From a virus (taxonomy: Duplodnaviria > Heunggongvirae > Uroviricota > Caudoviricetes): a DNA stretch of 64,000 nt. Of the stretch, positions 10,075-19,327 are shown piece by piece. Within the stretch, counting starts at the first letter, position 1. Every line of letters starts with the position of its first letter. The notes beneath the pieces are model-generated. The model was not told the origin of the DNA. It worked only from the letters and a program-made list of their open reading frames with translations, and searched no databases. The position numbers were made by a program, and so were the translations under genes. The DNA is taken from the IMG/VR virus record IMGVR_UViG_3300042922_001018, one strand, 5' to 3'.

Positions 10075-10729
10075 CTTGCGGCACTTTTTGCTGCTACCCG
10101 ACGGCCGTCAACAACTCGCGATGAAGTGGGTGTTCTTAGTGACTCTCCTACAATCAGGAATCGCTGCGTCAGCGCGGCTGTGTCCGCGGGGAACACCCCC
10201 TACTAGGACTCCCCTTCTCTATTGCAATGAATAAAGCCCTTGTGCATTAACGAGGGATGCATACCGGGACGCAGTGACACACGGTCCCCTACTACTACTT
10301 AATTCTGTGGATAACTGAATTGGATAGTAGTAGTACAGGGGGTGCAGTTACCAGTCAGAATAGGGGTTCTCCCCGTTCCACAGCCTGTGGAGAAAGTTAT
10401 CCACAGGCTGTGGATAACTCGTGTCCCGGTTGAGTTAAGGTGGGACGCACCCTAACTAAAACCCCAGGTCAGAGGGCGAAAAAACGGGACGCAAGGTCCG
10501 AAAACACGTTTTACCGTCTGACCTGGGGTTTTCTTGAAACGGCCCTTTCCCTCCGATGCCCCGTGCGTCCCGAGGCCTGTTTCACCAGGGTTATCCACAG
10601 GCTGTGGATAACTTTTGGGCTGTGCACAACGAGGGAAGACACCTGTTCTGCGATGCTCCTTGCACGCAAAACGCCTTCGGGACGCACATTTTGCTTCATG
10701 TGCGTCCCGAAGGCGTGATTGTGGGGTTC
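10075..10729. other. Putative oriC-like replication origin (DnaA-box cluster)
   Basis: Non-coding and less GC-rich. Perfect TTATCCACA boxes at 10306, 10397, 10409, 10591 and 10603, plus degenerate ones. (CTA)n/(TAG)n tracts at 10289-10299 and 10325-10335. Six GGGACGCA 8-mers. Confidence 0.7.
10668..10716 (-). terminator. Intrinsic terminator of CCA-enzyme gene
   Basis: 19-bp perfect inverted repeat (10671-10689 / 10698-10716) followed by a short T-run on the minus strand. Confidence 0.7.
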
Positions 10730-12250
10730 CTACAAACTGAGGCGGTTCCGGAGCCAGGCAACGGCTCCTGCCTCATCCGTGAACTCGCCATCGTCTTGCG
10801 CTTCACGGGCAGCATCCATGATGGGACGGAAATCAGGTCCGGGCTTCATCCCTTCCGCCATCAGATGCTCCCCTCGAAGAAGACCCGGCGCCGGACGCTC
10901 AGCAGAAATCTCGCGAGACCGAGCAACCCAGTCCCATGCCGGAGTCTGAGGGACCGCGTCCTGGTCGAAACGCTTCTGAGCGCTCTCCAGGGCGCCGCTG
11001 CGGCCCCGAACGTCGGCTTCGGCGACGAGCGCCCACTCTTCCAGTGTCGCTGGCTCCAGGCGCCTTACAAGGCGTCGCAGTGCCGCATCCCCTGTCTTCC
11101 CGGCCTTCTGCCACGAGTGCAAGAACATGTGTTCTCCGACCAGCGGTGCCACACGAGCCTGTACCACTTGCGGGAACCCGGAACGCTTCAGGAGTTCGAC
11201 GGCCATCGGGGTGCCGTCCTCCGCATGCCCGGCCGAAGTGATACGACCATCGTCGTGTGTGATGGTAGTAGTCGCCTTGCCGACATCATGCAACATCGCG
11301 GCCATCACGACAACCGTTCGGTCGTACCCTTCCAGCCCTCGCTCCGTGGCCAGCCGTGCCGCCACATCAGCGGCCTGCGACTGGTGCTCGTACACATCAG
11401 CCTCAGGGTGCCAGCGTACGTCCTGTGGCAGACCGATGGTTGCGTTCAGCTCGGGGAAGTGCTCCACCCAGCCGGTCTCCTTCAACACACGAAGACCGGC
11501 GGACGGCTCGTCCGAGCTGATGAGCTTCACGAACTCACCGTAGACACGCGACGCGGGCAGCTCGTCGAAACGGTCCTTGATGCCCCGACACAGAGCGACA
11601 GTATCCGGGTGCATCGTCATACCGAACCGTGCTGCGAACTGCATACCTCGCAGCACCCGCAGCGGGTCATCGTCGAACGCGTCTGAGGTGTGGCGCAGGA
11701 TGCCGTCTTCCAGGTCGCGCTCACCGTTGAACGGGTCGATGACCTCTCCGGTATCCGGCTCCCACCCGATAGCGTTGATGGTGAAGTCGCGACGTGCGAA
11801 TGCGTCATGCGCGTTCATCGTCGGGTCCACAACTACCTCGAAGCCTCGGTGCCCGGCGCCGGTCTTGGACTCCCGTCGCGGGACCGAGACATCGTAGTCC
11901 TCATCGCCGACAGTGACCTTCAGCACGCCGAATGAGGCACCCACTTCAGAGACGTTGCCGACCTTCGCCAGATGCGGGATGAGGTCACGGAGTCCCTTCA
12001 CTTCGTGGACCTCAATGTCGATGTCGTGCCCTGCTCCTCCAGCGTCACCCCGAAGAGCGTCACGGACGGCACCTCCGACAATGAGCGGCTTCCCTCCGGC
12101 AGCTCGGCACGCCTGAAGGATGTCTTGTGCCACAGGGGTCAGTGGGACAAGGTTCTGCTCGTATCGAGTGTTCATGAGGCTCACTTCTGGGCCGGTTCCG
12201 CTCTTATGAGAGAATCGGCCGTTCTCTTCGCGCGGCTGGATGGTGTTCAT
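10730..12250 (-). CDS. cca: Tagged tRNA nucleotidyltransferase (CCA-adding/poly(A) polymerase family) with HD domain
   Basis: [36 protein letters not shown] motifs. N-terminal tag variant [21 protein letters not shown]. Start may be GTG 12265. Confidence 0.9.
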   Translation of the reverse strand: MNTIQPREENGRFSHKSGTGPEVSLMNTRYEQNLVPLTPVAQDILQACRAAGGKPLIVGGAVRDALRGDAGGAGHDIDIEVHEVKGLRDLIPHLAKVGNVSEVGASFGVLKVTVGDEDYDVSVPRRESKTGAGHRGFEVVVDPTMNAHDAFARRDFTINAIGWEPDTGEVIDPFNGERDLEDGILRHTSDAFDDDPLRVLRGMQFAARFGMTMHPDTVALCRGIKDRFDELPASRVYGEFVKLISSDEPSAGLRVLKETGWVEHFPELNATIGLPQDVRWHPEADVYEHQSQAADVAARLATERGLEGYDRTVVVMAAMLHDVGKATTTITHDDGRITSAGHAEDGTPMAVELLKRSGFPQVVQARVAPLVGEHMFLHSWQKAGKTGDAALRRLVRRLEPATLEEWALVAEADVRGRSGALESAQKRFDQDAVPQTPAWDWVARSREISAERPAPGLLRGEHLMAEGMKPGPDFRPIMDAAREAQDDGEFTDEAGAVAWLRNRLSL

Positions 12251-12286
12251 GTGCTCGTTGTCCACAGTACAGTGTAGGATGTTGGT

Positions 12287-12778
12287 GTGCAACCCTTCAT
12301 CCCGCCTGCTGTCACCCAGTTCGAACCCTTCACCGCTCTCGCGTGGGGTCTGATGCTGGCGGCGGTCCCGCTGTTCTTCCTGGTCGTGACCGCGCTGATG
12401 CGACGGAAGCTCGCTTTCGTCACCGCTCTCGGGTTCGTGGCAGTCACGTTCGCGGCAGGAGCTTTCCTGGTGTCGCCTCTCGACGCTGAGCGTCAGACCA
12501 CTGCGACGCGCAACAGCGTCGTCAGCGAGTGGCTGGACGAGAACTACCCTCAGTACGGTGGCGCCGAAGCTCTGCTTTCGCACTTCAACGACGGGTCAAC
12601 CTTCAAGGCGACTGCCGATGACGGCAAGCAGCGCACGATGCACTTCTCGTTCTCCCCTGAGTCCGGGTATCGTCTCATCGCGCTCACCGACAGCAAGCCC
12701 GCTGATGTGGTCGTGAAGGACGACCGTCTCGATGTTGCGGGTCAGCTCGCTGAGAAGGAAGCCGCAGCTCAGGGCTGA
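12287..12778 (+). CDS. Membrane protein
   Basis: Two TM helices. TAGGAT-N6-GTG leaderless promoter. Confidence 0.7.
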   Translation: MQPFIPPAVTQFEPFTALAWGLMLAAVPLFFLVVTALMRRKLAFVTALGFVAVTFAAGAFLVSPLDAERQTTATRNSVVSEWLDENYPQYGGAEALLSHFNDGSTFKATADDGKQRTMHFSFSPESGYRLIALTDSKPADVVVKDDRLDVAGQLAEKEAAAQG

Positions 12779-13620
12779 CGGGCCATCCGAGCAACGGATT
12801 CCACCGACATGCGGTAGAGCTTCCCGTTGCTCGCGCGCATGATGATTTTCGTGGTGCCTGGCTCATGGATGCTCAGTCGTCCGTACTGGCGGTGGACGAA
12901 GATGTCGCCGTACACGACGTACAAGCCATGCCGCGGGTAGTTCTTCCGCGCTACCTTAGTCGGGTCCGCCTCACGTGGGCGTTCTGCCTTGATGAGGTCT
13001 GCGATGGCATTCAGGTCGCCGAGCGATTCTTCGCCGTCCTGGTCGGTGAGGATTGCGGTGCTACGTCGGATGTTGCCCACTGTGTACCGCTTCATCCCGT
13101 TGGCGAACTTGTCGCCTGAGTAAACGGGGGTGCCGTCCGTGGCGTATCCGACTTGACGCTTCATCCCGTTCTCGCGCTGGACTTGGCGAATAGCGGCTGT
13201 GGCTTCGACAGTGGTCTTGCCCTCGTATCCGAGACGCTTGGCCATCGCTTTCCAGCGTGGACCATGCTGCGCGCCGGGGGTGAGAGCGTGCGCAATCTCG
13301 TGGAGCATAGTCTGCCGGAACTCTTCACGGCTGCGGTGTTCGAGAACGGGTCCAGAGTAGGAGATGACCTTCTTCGCGTAGTGGCACTGGCCCTCGCGAG
13401 TCGTGGCACGGTCGAAGGCGAAGGTCCAGCCCTCCGCGGTAAGCCCGTAATGGTCGAGCATGTCCTCAGCAAGGGCAGCCGCTCGCGCGCGCGAGATAGG
13501 CGCGTCTGTCTTCAAACTTGCGTCGCCTTCGTAGCGCAGCGAGACTTCGGGTGTGCCGCCGGTCTTCTCGGAGAAGCGACCATCGTCATCCCGGCGCACA
13601 TCTGTTTCGGAGAAGGTCAT
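12769..13620 (-). CDS. Tagged SprT-like zinc metalloprotease
   Basis: Leader tag. F.FD.A..R.G.C....K.I and LHEIAHAL..GAQHGPRWK motifs. Confidence 0.85.
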   Translation of the reverse strand: MTFSETDVRRDDDGRFSEKTGGTPEVSLRYEGDASLKTDAPISRARAAALAEDMLDHYGLTAEGWTFAFDRATTREGQCHYAKKVISYSGPVLEHRSREEFRQTMLHEIAHALTPGAQHGPRWKAMAKRLGYEGKTTVEATAAIRQVQRENGMKRQVGYATDGTPVYSGDKFANGMKRYTVGNIRRSTAILTDQDGEESLGDLNAIADLIKAERPREADPTKVARKNYPRHGLYVVYGDIFVHRQYGRLSIHEPGTTKIIMRASNGKLYRMSVESVARMARQP

Positions 13621-13627
13621 GCCTTCT

Positions 13628-13636
13628 TGTAGGCAG
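13628..13636 (-). promoter_or_regulatory. CTGCCTACA variant element (N7 to ATG 13620)
   Basis: One mismatch, same spacing. Confidence 0.7.
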
Positions 13637-13758
13637 ATGGTTTCGAGCGCACGCCTACTACGGCTTCGGCCCCGCGATACGAGATGGTGGCTCGGGACCG
13701 AAGCCGCGACCGCGCTGCTCTACGTTCCGAGAGCTTGGCTCGGATACGTTCCGCGAGG

Positions 13759-14022
13759 TCAGGCGGAGACGCGGATGAAGACCTTGTACGCGTCACCGAA
13801 TGTACGGTTTCCGGTCACAGCGACACCCGAACGGAAACGCTCGCTGGCGAAGAGGCTGTTGATGAACTTGGCCGCTTCGTCCTCTTCGCGCTGCTCCGCG
13901 ACCGAGATGGTCACGTCGATGTTGTCGCCGGGGTGAGCCAGGCGGCGGATGAGCTTGTAGGCATCGTCCGCGGTGGAGATGCTCTCGGGCCGACGGTCTG
14001 CGGTGGTGACGTTGATGGTCAT
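13759..14022 (-). CDS. Hypothetical protein
   Basis: TATGCT-N6-ATG leaderless start at MTINV. Confidence 0.6.
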   Translation of the reverse strand: MTINVTTADRRPESISTADDAYKLIRRLAHPGDNIDVTISVAEQREEDEAAKFINSLFASERFRSGVAVTGNRTFGDAYKVFIRVSA

Positions 14023-14136
14023 GGGACCAGCATAGCATAGGGCGCCGACACCTCGAATACGACGATGCGCCCCACGACGTAACATGTCGTGGGGCGCATC
14101 GTTTCGCTTACAGACCGTGTGGCCTGCGTGCGTGGG

Positions 14137-14739
14137 TCAGGCCTGAGCGCCCTGCGTGGCAGCCGCGCGGGCCTCCTTCAGCTTGGCGAAGGAGCCGTTG
14201 TAGCGGAGCTTCTTCGTGTCGAGCTTCGACACGTCGGGCTGGTACTCCTCGGCGTTCTCGTTGTAGTTCTCGTCGAGGCCGCGGTCGGAGATGCGGGTCA
14301 CGACGCGGTTCTTGCCCGAGTCCGAAACCTGGACCTCGACGGTCAGGGCGACCTTGTGGCCGATGAGGCGTCCGGCCTCCTTCAGGAGGGGACGGCCCAG
14401 CTCCTTGCCGTCGATGCGCTCGGTGCGGACGTGCTCCTTGCCGAGCGGGTTCCAGCGCTCGTGCGCCTTGTCCGACTTCAGGAAGAAGACACCGCGCTGC
14501 GACGACTCCTCGACATCGACGAGGAGGAGCGTGCCGAGCACGGTCTTCGTGGCTTCGACGTTCTCGGAGCGCTTCTCGAACGAGTCGAACGCGTAGATGA
14601 TGGGCGAACCCTCGCCAGTGGCGTTGAGGATGCGCGTCACCTCGTCGGCGATGGCCTGGTCGGTCGCGCCCGGCCCAGCAATCTGGAACGCGAGTGCGAT
14701 GGTCTGTGCCTTGTTCAGGATGGGGGTGTTCTCAGTCAT
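14137..14739 (-). CDS. Hypothetical protein (strong codon bias)
   Basis: Purine-rich RBS-like tract and strongly biased codons. Follows the nuclease gene. Confidence 0.75.
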   Translation of the reverse strand: MTENTPILNKAQTIALAFQIAGPGATDQAIADEVTRILNATGEGSPIIYAFDSFEKRSENVEATKTVLGTLLLVDVEESSQRGVFFLKSDKAHERWNPLGKEHVRTERIDGKELGRPLLKEAGRLIGHKVALTVEVQVSDSGKNRVVTRISDRGLDENYNENAEEYQPDVSKLDTKKLRYNGSFAKLKEARAAATQGAQA

Positions 14740-14826
14740 TGCTCACTTCTTTCTGCCTTGCGGCTGTCATTGTTTTCGCCTCTAGGAGGCTGAGTCGCCC
14801 ACCCTGGGTGGGACGTAGTTGGCCTC

Positions 14827-16929
14827 TTATGAGGTCTTCGCGGTGAGAGGAGCGTACGGCTCCTGGACATTGGCGAAGTCCGTGTTGTAGAGGGAGTAGG
14901 AGGTCTCTGCGAGGAACTGAAGCTGACCAGCGACGCGGTCAGCCCATGCGGACCATGCAGCGGTGGGCTGATTCAGCGTAGGCGAAGAGTTCTGGATGAT
15001 GCTGAACAGGAACCCGCGCAGGCGGGTGTTCAGACCGTGGTGCCACGAGAACGCGTCTACCAGTTCTGCCTCTGCGCGCCAGATGACGTGGCCGAGGGTC
15101 GCGGACAGCGCGATGAGGTTGCTGGCGGTGTAGTCCAGTTCGTTGCTCTCGTGGAGCAGACGATACGCCTCCGAGACGATGCCGGACGCTCCGGCGAAAC
15201 CGTGCGAGTTGATGTTGGGACGGCTGCCGTCGGGGTACAGCGCGCTCTCGTCGTAGACCTTGCCTTCGACGTACGCGACGCCGTCCGGAAGGAACCGGCG
15301 CGGAAGGTCCACGTGAGGGGCCATGTCGCCGTCGGAAGCGAGGTATGCGTACGCCCGCGTGTCGTTGTTGAAGTCCGTCTCAACGAGCTGGTAGGTCACG
15401 ACGAGGAGGTCGGTCATGTGGTCTGCGGCGAGCGCAATCCACGTCTTCCAGTCCTCGTCCGTACCGTTCACCGGCAGCGGGTGCTGTGCGATGAACGTAC
15501 GGAGGTCACCGCGCAGGCGAGTGTGGAGACCGTGGTTCCAGTTGAAGGCGCTGTTCGCGACGCGGCGTTCGACGAGCCAGATGAGCTTGCCGAGCGTGAC
15601 GGAGAGCGAGATGATGCGCTGGCTGCTCACAGCGTTCTGCTCCGAGAGCAGCTCGAACGCGAGGGAGGTGAGACCGGTTGCGCCTCCGAACCCGTAAGAG
15701 TTCAGGTTGGGGCGGGCACCGTCGGGGTAGTTGACGAACTCCTTGTAGGAGGAGTCTTCGGCGTAACGCGCGCCGGAGGGCAGGAGTGGCATCTTTCCTT
15801 CTTTCTGCACCGCGGTACGCGGCGCGCTCACACTAGTTCCGTTACTGACGGGCACACTTTCCGTCTTCTTCGATTCTACCACATTCGCAGGCGTTCCAGA
15901 AGGGCGAACGGTCGGAATCCCGAGCATCACAGCGGTCGGCTGAGTGGCCGCAGCGTCACGCGCTTTGTCGGTCTTGACGGTCGCGACGGGGCACGAGTTG
16001 GCGAGCGGGCACCAGCCGCAGAGGGCACCAGGGGTGGCCTTGAACTCGCCCGCTTCGCCCGCCGCCTGCATGGTGTCCCAGGAGCGCGCGAAGCCGTCCA
16101 TGGTGACATCCAGAGCGCGGCGGTTGATGTCGATGGTGCGCTCCTTGCCCGCTGCGATGTAGAGGAGCTTGGCGTCGTCCACCGAGTAGTGCCCGGCTTC
16201 GTCGAGACGCATGAGCTGAGTCTCGTTGAAGTGCTCCTCGCGCAGTTCGGGGTCTTGCAGCACGGTCTCAGCAGTCACCGTGTAGATGCGGAGCTGGTCG
16301 CCGTAGTCGTCGGAGAAGCGGGGGTTCGGCGCCTTGTACTTGCCGCTCTTGTAGTCGCGGATGGCGAGCTTGCCCTCGGGCGTGAAGTCCGTGCGGTCGA
16401 TGAAGCCAATCATCGGAATGACGCGGCCGTCGGGCACCGGGAGGAGAACGCCCTTCAACGCCCACTCGGGCTGGAACACGTCCACCTTCGTCGGGTCTTC
16501 CAGGACAAGGTCACCGAGCGCCATCGCGCGAACACGCTGTTCCCACTCCTGCTTGACCTGACCGTTGACGCTGTTGGTCGAAACGGTGTGGCGGGAGAGC
16601 TTGTCCGGCGTCCATTCCTTGTCGGCAAGTTCGAGCGAGAGACGGATGATGTTCGCCTCGGTGCGCTCCGCTTCAGGAAGCGCGTACAGCTCTTCGAGCA
16701 CGGCGTGGGCGCCGGTACCGAGTTCGGCCGGGGAGAAAGGGTCGTCCATGCGCGGGAGCACGGAGTCAGCAGCGAAACGGGCGGTGCAGCCGCGAAGAGA
16801 GTTGGACGCCGATGCCGAGAGGTTCTTGCGAACAATCTTCTTGATTTTCGCTTCATCGGTGGTGGTGAGTCGGTCACCGTCCCACGCGAACTCAGGCATG
16901 AGCGGCGTGATGGTCTCTTCGTTTGGCAT
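14827..16929 (-). CDS. PD-(D/E)XK (RecB/Cas4-like) nuclease fused to a duplicated C-terminal domain
   Basis: LSAS..C, GTxxH, GFIDR, DYKSGK, QLRIY, CGWCP..C motifs. C-terminal half has two ~160-aa repeats (YPDG.RPN.NS.GF.GA.G ... HGL.TRLRG). Confidence 0.85.
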   Translation of the reverse strand: MPNEETITPLMPEFAWDGDRLTTTDEAKIKKIVRKNLSASASNSLRGCTARFAADSVLPRMDDPFSPAELGTGAHAVLEELYALPEAERTEANIIRLSLELADKEWTPDKLSRHTVSTNSVNGQVKQEWEQRVRAMALGDLVLEDPTKVDVFQPEWALKGVLLPVPDGRVIPMIGFIDRTDFTPEGKLAIRDYKSGKYKAPNPRFSDDYGDQLRIYTVTAETVLQDPELREEHFNETQLMRLDEAGHYSVDDAKLLYIAAGKERTIDINRRALDVTMDGFARSWDTMQAAGEAGEFKATPGALCGWCPLANSCPVATVKTDKARDAAATQPTAVMLGIPTVRPSGTPANVVESKKTESVPVSNGTSVSAPRTAVQKEGKMPLLPSGARYAEDSSYKEFVNYPDGARPNLNSYGFGGATGLTSLAFELLSEQNAVSSQRIISLSVTLGKLIWLVERRVANSAFNWNHGLHTRLRGDLRTFIAQHPLPVNGTDEDWKTWIALAADHMTDLLVVTYQLVETDFNNDTRAYAYLASDGDMAPHVDLPRRFLPDGVAYVEGKVYDESALYPDGSRPNINSHGFAGASGIVSEAYRLLHESNELDYTASNLIALSATLGHVIWRAEAELVDAFSWHHGLNTRLRGFLFSIIQNSSPTLNQPTAAWSAWADRVAGQLQFLAETSYSLYNTDFANVQEPYAPLTAKTS

Positions 16930-16997
16930 CGTGTTCCCGTCTGAAAGTCTATCTAGCTACCGCGATAGTCTACCACGCGGTTCCGACAATGAACGGG

Positions 16998-17237
16998 TTA
17001 GCTCAACGTCGGAAGGACGGAGAGCGCCCGGCTGTGCGCCTTCAAGACGCGGCGCAGTACGACTGACAGGATGCACGTGACGATGATGCCCAGAATCGTC
17101 AGCGCTGTCACATCGGTTCGAGTGACGAGGCTGTAGCCGAGGCTGATGAGTGTGAAGATGGCGGCGATGACCTCAACGGAGAAGACCACAATCATCGCGA
17201 TGAAGAGCGCCCGCTCTTTGTACAGAGATGTGTTCAC
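16998..17237 (-). CDS. Small membrane protein
   Basis: Two TM segments. TACGCT-N6-GTG. Confidence 0.6.
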   Translation of the reverse strand: MNTSLYKERALFIAMIVVFSVEVIAAIFTLISLGYSLVTRTDVTALTILGIIVTCILSVVLRRVLKAHSRALSVLPTLS

Positions 17238-17321
17238 GCTCCTAGCGTACACCGCGAAACTACTGGTGTCAACGGCGCCCTCCACCTTGCGCCTGGTACT
17301 CGCGCGTGGTACACTCAGGGC

Positions 17322-17990
17322 ATGGACACCACGCGACTCGCACTGAAGGACATGACTCCTGAGCTGCTCCTTCACGAAATCGTGCAGACGTTCCCGGACG
17401 TGTACGAGGCAGCAGTGTTCGCGGCCTACTACCACCGCCACGACACCCGCGGCCCCCGTGGAAAGCTCCCGGCTGACCCGTACATCGCTCACCCCTACCG
17501 CGTGACACTTCGTCTTCTTCGCGGCGGCATGCTCGACGAGTTCACCGCGAAGGCGGCTCTGCTGCATGATGTGTTCGAAGACCACGCCGAAGACATCCAC
17601 CGTGAAGAAGGAATGCCCGCAGACCTCTATCTCCCGGCAACCTTCGGCGATGACACCTGGAACGTCATCTTCGCGGTCTCCAACCCGCCGGGTAAGCTCA
17701 CCCCCGAGCAGTACGCAGAGCATGTCCTGGAAATCATCGAGGACGGTGACATCCGCGCCTTCGCCGTCAAGAACAGTGACCTGAGCGACAACGCCCTCTC
17801 GCTCCACCACACCCCCGGCCCGCGCCGCGGCCGTCTGGCTCGCAAGTACCTTCCAGTCGCGGAGCCAGCCATGGCCCGTCTGCGTACCGCCGATGCCCGA
17901 GCTTTCCTCAGCCCGCGCGGTGCCACCGAGTCGCTGGAGATGTGGGAGCGAGGGCTTCCGAAGCTTCGGGAGTTCGCGCAGGAGCAGTGA
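17322..17990 (+). CDS. HD-domain hydrolase, SpoT/MESH1-like (p)ppGpp hydrolase family
   Basis: H....R....PYIAHP, ALLHDVFED, FG, VKNSDLSDN motifs. TACACT-N6-ATG. Confidence 0.8.
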   Translation: MDTTRLALKDMTPELLLHEIVQTFPDVYEAAVFAAYYHRHDTRGPRGKLPADPYIAHPYRVTLRLLRGGMLDEFTAKAALLHDVFEDHAEDIHREEGMPADLYLPATFGDDTWNVIFAVSNPPGKLTPEQYAEHVLEIIEDGDIRAFAVKNSDLSDNALSLHHTPGPRRGRLARKYLPVAEPAMARLRTADARAFLSPRGATESLEMWERGLPKLREFAQEQ

Positions 17991-18721
17991 TGTTCTACGA
18001 GGCGCTTGCTCTTGTCCAGCCACCCGCTCGCGGGGGCGCCATACCGCAGTGGAAGCCACTGGCGGAACGAATCATGGGCAAGCACGCAGAGCTGCGTCCG
18101 TATCTCCAGTACATTGACACACCGTTCGCTATGGAACGGTTCCTGATGGATGTTGCCGGGGTCGAAGACATCGAGTTGGTCTACGGTATCGACGGGCGCG
18201 CGCTGGAAGGCGTCAAGCATCTCTATTTCCTCCTGCATCCGATGAACGAACTTCCGGCACCGGAAGGCATCGCGAACCTTCCGAAACACTTCATCTCACG
18301 AGCATACGCATTGTCGTTGGGTGTGAATGGCCCCGACCACTTCTACACCTGGCCTAGTCTCATCTCCCAGATTGAACCGGACCACATCTTCTTGAACGAC
18401 GCTGAGAAGCAGAGGGATGAGCAGAACACTCAGCTCCACGTCTTCAGTCGGCTGTTGACTGCGTACTCTCATGCGATAGCTCATGGTGGGGCTTGCAGCG
18501 AGGACCACATGGAAGCATGCTCTGAGTTCCGGAAGATTCTGAATGAGCTGGCACCGGGCAACTCGGAGACCGTTTCGCGAGCGTTGCACATCACATCGGA
18601 GATGCCGCTGGACACGGACCCCATCGCTTTCTGTGAGACCGTCCGCGAGCATGGTCTGCATGTGGCTCGGTCCGTCCATGTCGAAGGCGTCCCGCTGGAG
18701 TACGCGAGAGCAACGGTCTGA
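17990..18721 (+). CDS. G[VI]PxEY C-terminal-motif family protein
   Basis: TGATG-coupled. Ends EGVPLEYARATV. Confidence 0.7.
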   Translation: MFYEALALVQPPARGGAIPQWKPLAERIMGKHAELRPYLQYIDTPFAMERFLMDVAGVEDIELVYGIDGRALEGVKHLYFLLHPMNELPAPEGIANLPKHFISRAYALSLGVNGPDHFYTWPSLISQIEPDHIFLNDAEKQRDEQNTQLHVFSRLLTAYSHAIAHGGACSEDHMEACSEFRKILNELAPGNSETVSRALHITSEMPLDTDPIAFCETVREHGLHVARSVHVEGVPLEYARATV

Positions 18722-19296
18722 TGAGGAACCCGTTCGCGACGGTCCGCCTCCGCGCGCAGGACCGCCCGTGGTATGACAGGCTTCGGCACATCCATCCGGA
18801 GCTGAACCTGAACACGAGTCGGCGCGAGTTCCGTTCCCTCACGCTCGTAGAAGAGCATGTCATGGCGGCGAAGAGTCTGACGCGGGCGGAAGCCTACGAC
18901 CTGCATCCGGATGTCCTCGACGTGCTGTACGGAGAGTCAATGCCGGATGGCTTCGCAACAGCGGACAGCCGTGTCATTCTCTGGTCCCTGGCTCTGGTCC
19001 GCCTGTGGTTTGACCGCCCGCTCCTGGTGGAGTCCGGCGCGGAACGAATGACCGGCGTGGTACTGCACCATCTTCTCGAAACGGGCGGCGACCCGAAGTC
19101 GGTTGCCTTTCAAGGAGCGCTAGCTGAGCACATGGCGCCGACTTATGGGAGCAGTGCCGCCATGGTAGCCGTGTACTGTCCGGACGACATCGACCCGTTG
19201 ACGTTCGTGGCTTACGTGAAGGTGTGCGGACATGCCCACGCCGAGAACATGATTCGCCAGGGTGTCAGCTTGGAGTATGCGGCGGAGATTGTTTGA
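18721..19296 (+). CDS. G[VI]PxEY C-terminal-motif family protein
   Basis: TGATG-coupled. Ends QGVSLEYAAEIV. Confidence 0.7.
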   Translation: MRNPFATVRLRAQDRPWYDRLRHIHPELNLNTSRREFRSLTLVEEHVMAAKSLTRAEAYDLHPDVLDVLYGESMPDGFATADSRVILWSLALVRLWFDRPLLVESGAERMTGVVLHHLLETGGDPKSVAFQGALAEHMAPTYGSSAAMVAVYCPDDIDPLTFVAYVKVCGHAHAENMIRQGVSLEYAAEIV

Positions 19297-19327
19297 CGCG
19301 TCGGCGTCGCTACGCTAAGCTGTTCTC

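Noticed and set aside
12273-12280. TCCTACA-N7-GTG as a variant CCGCCTACA element for the CCA gene
   Set aside because: Equally explained by overlapping divergent TANNNT boxes (TAGGAT for 12287, TACACT for cca), so it was not counted.
10730-12583. Long N-terminal extensions given by the ORF track (also 19897-21381, 32296-33453, 39642-40739, 49440-50231, 55756-58374)
   Set aside because: They overlap opposite-strand genes or promoters. The tag, promoter or RBS defines later starts.
14827-16929. Cas4 of a CRISPR-Cas locus
   Set aside because: No array or other cas genes. Stand-alone PD-(D/E)XK nucleases are common in phages.
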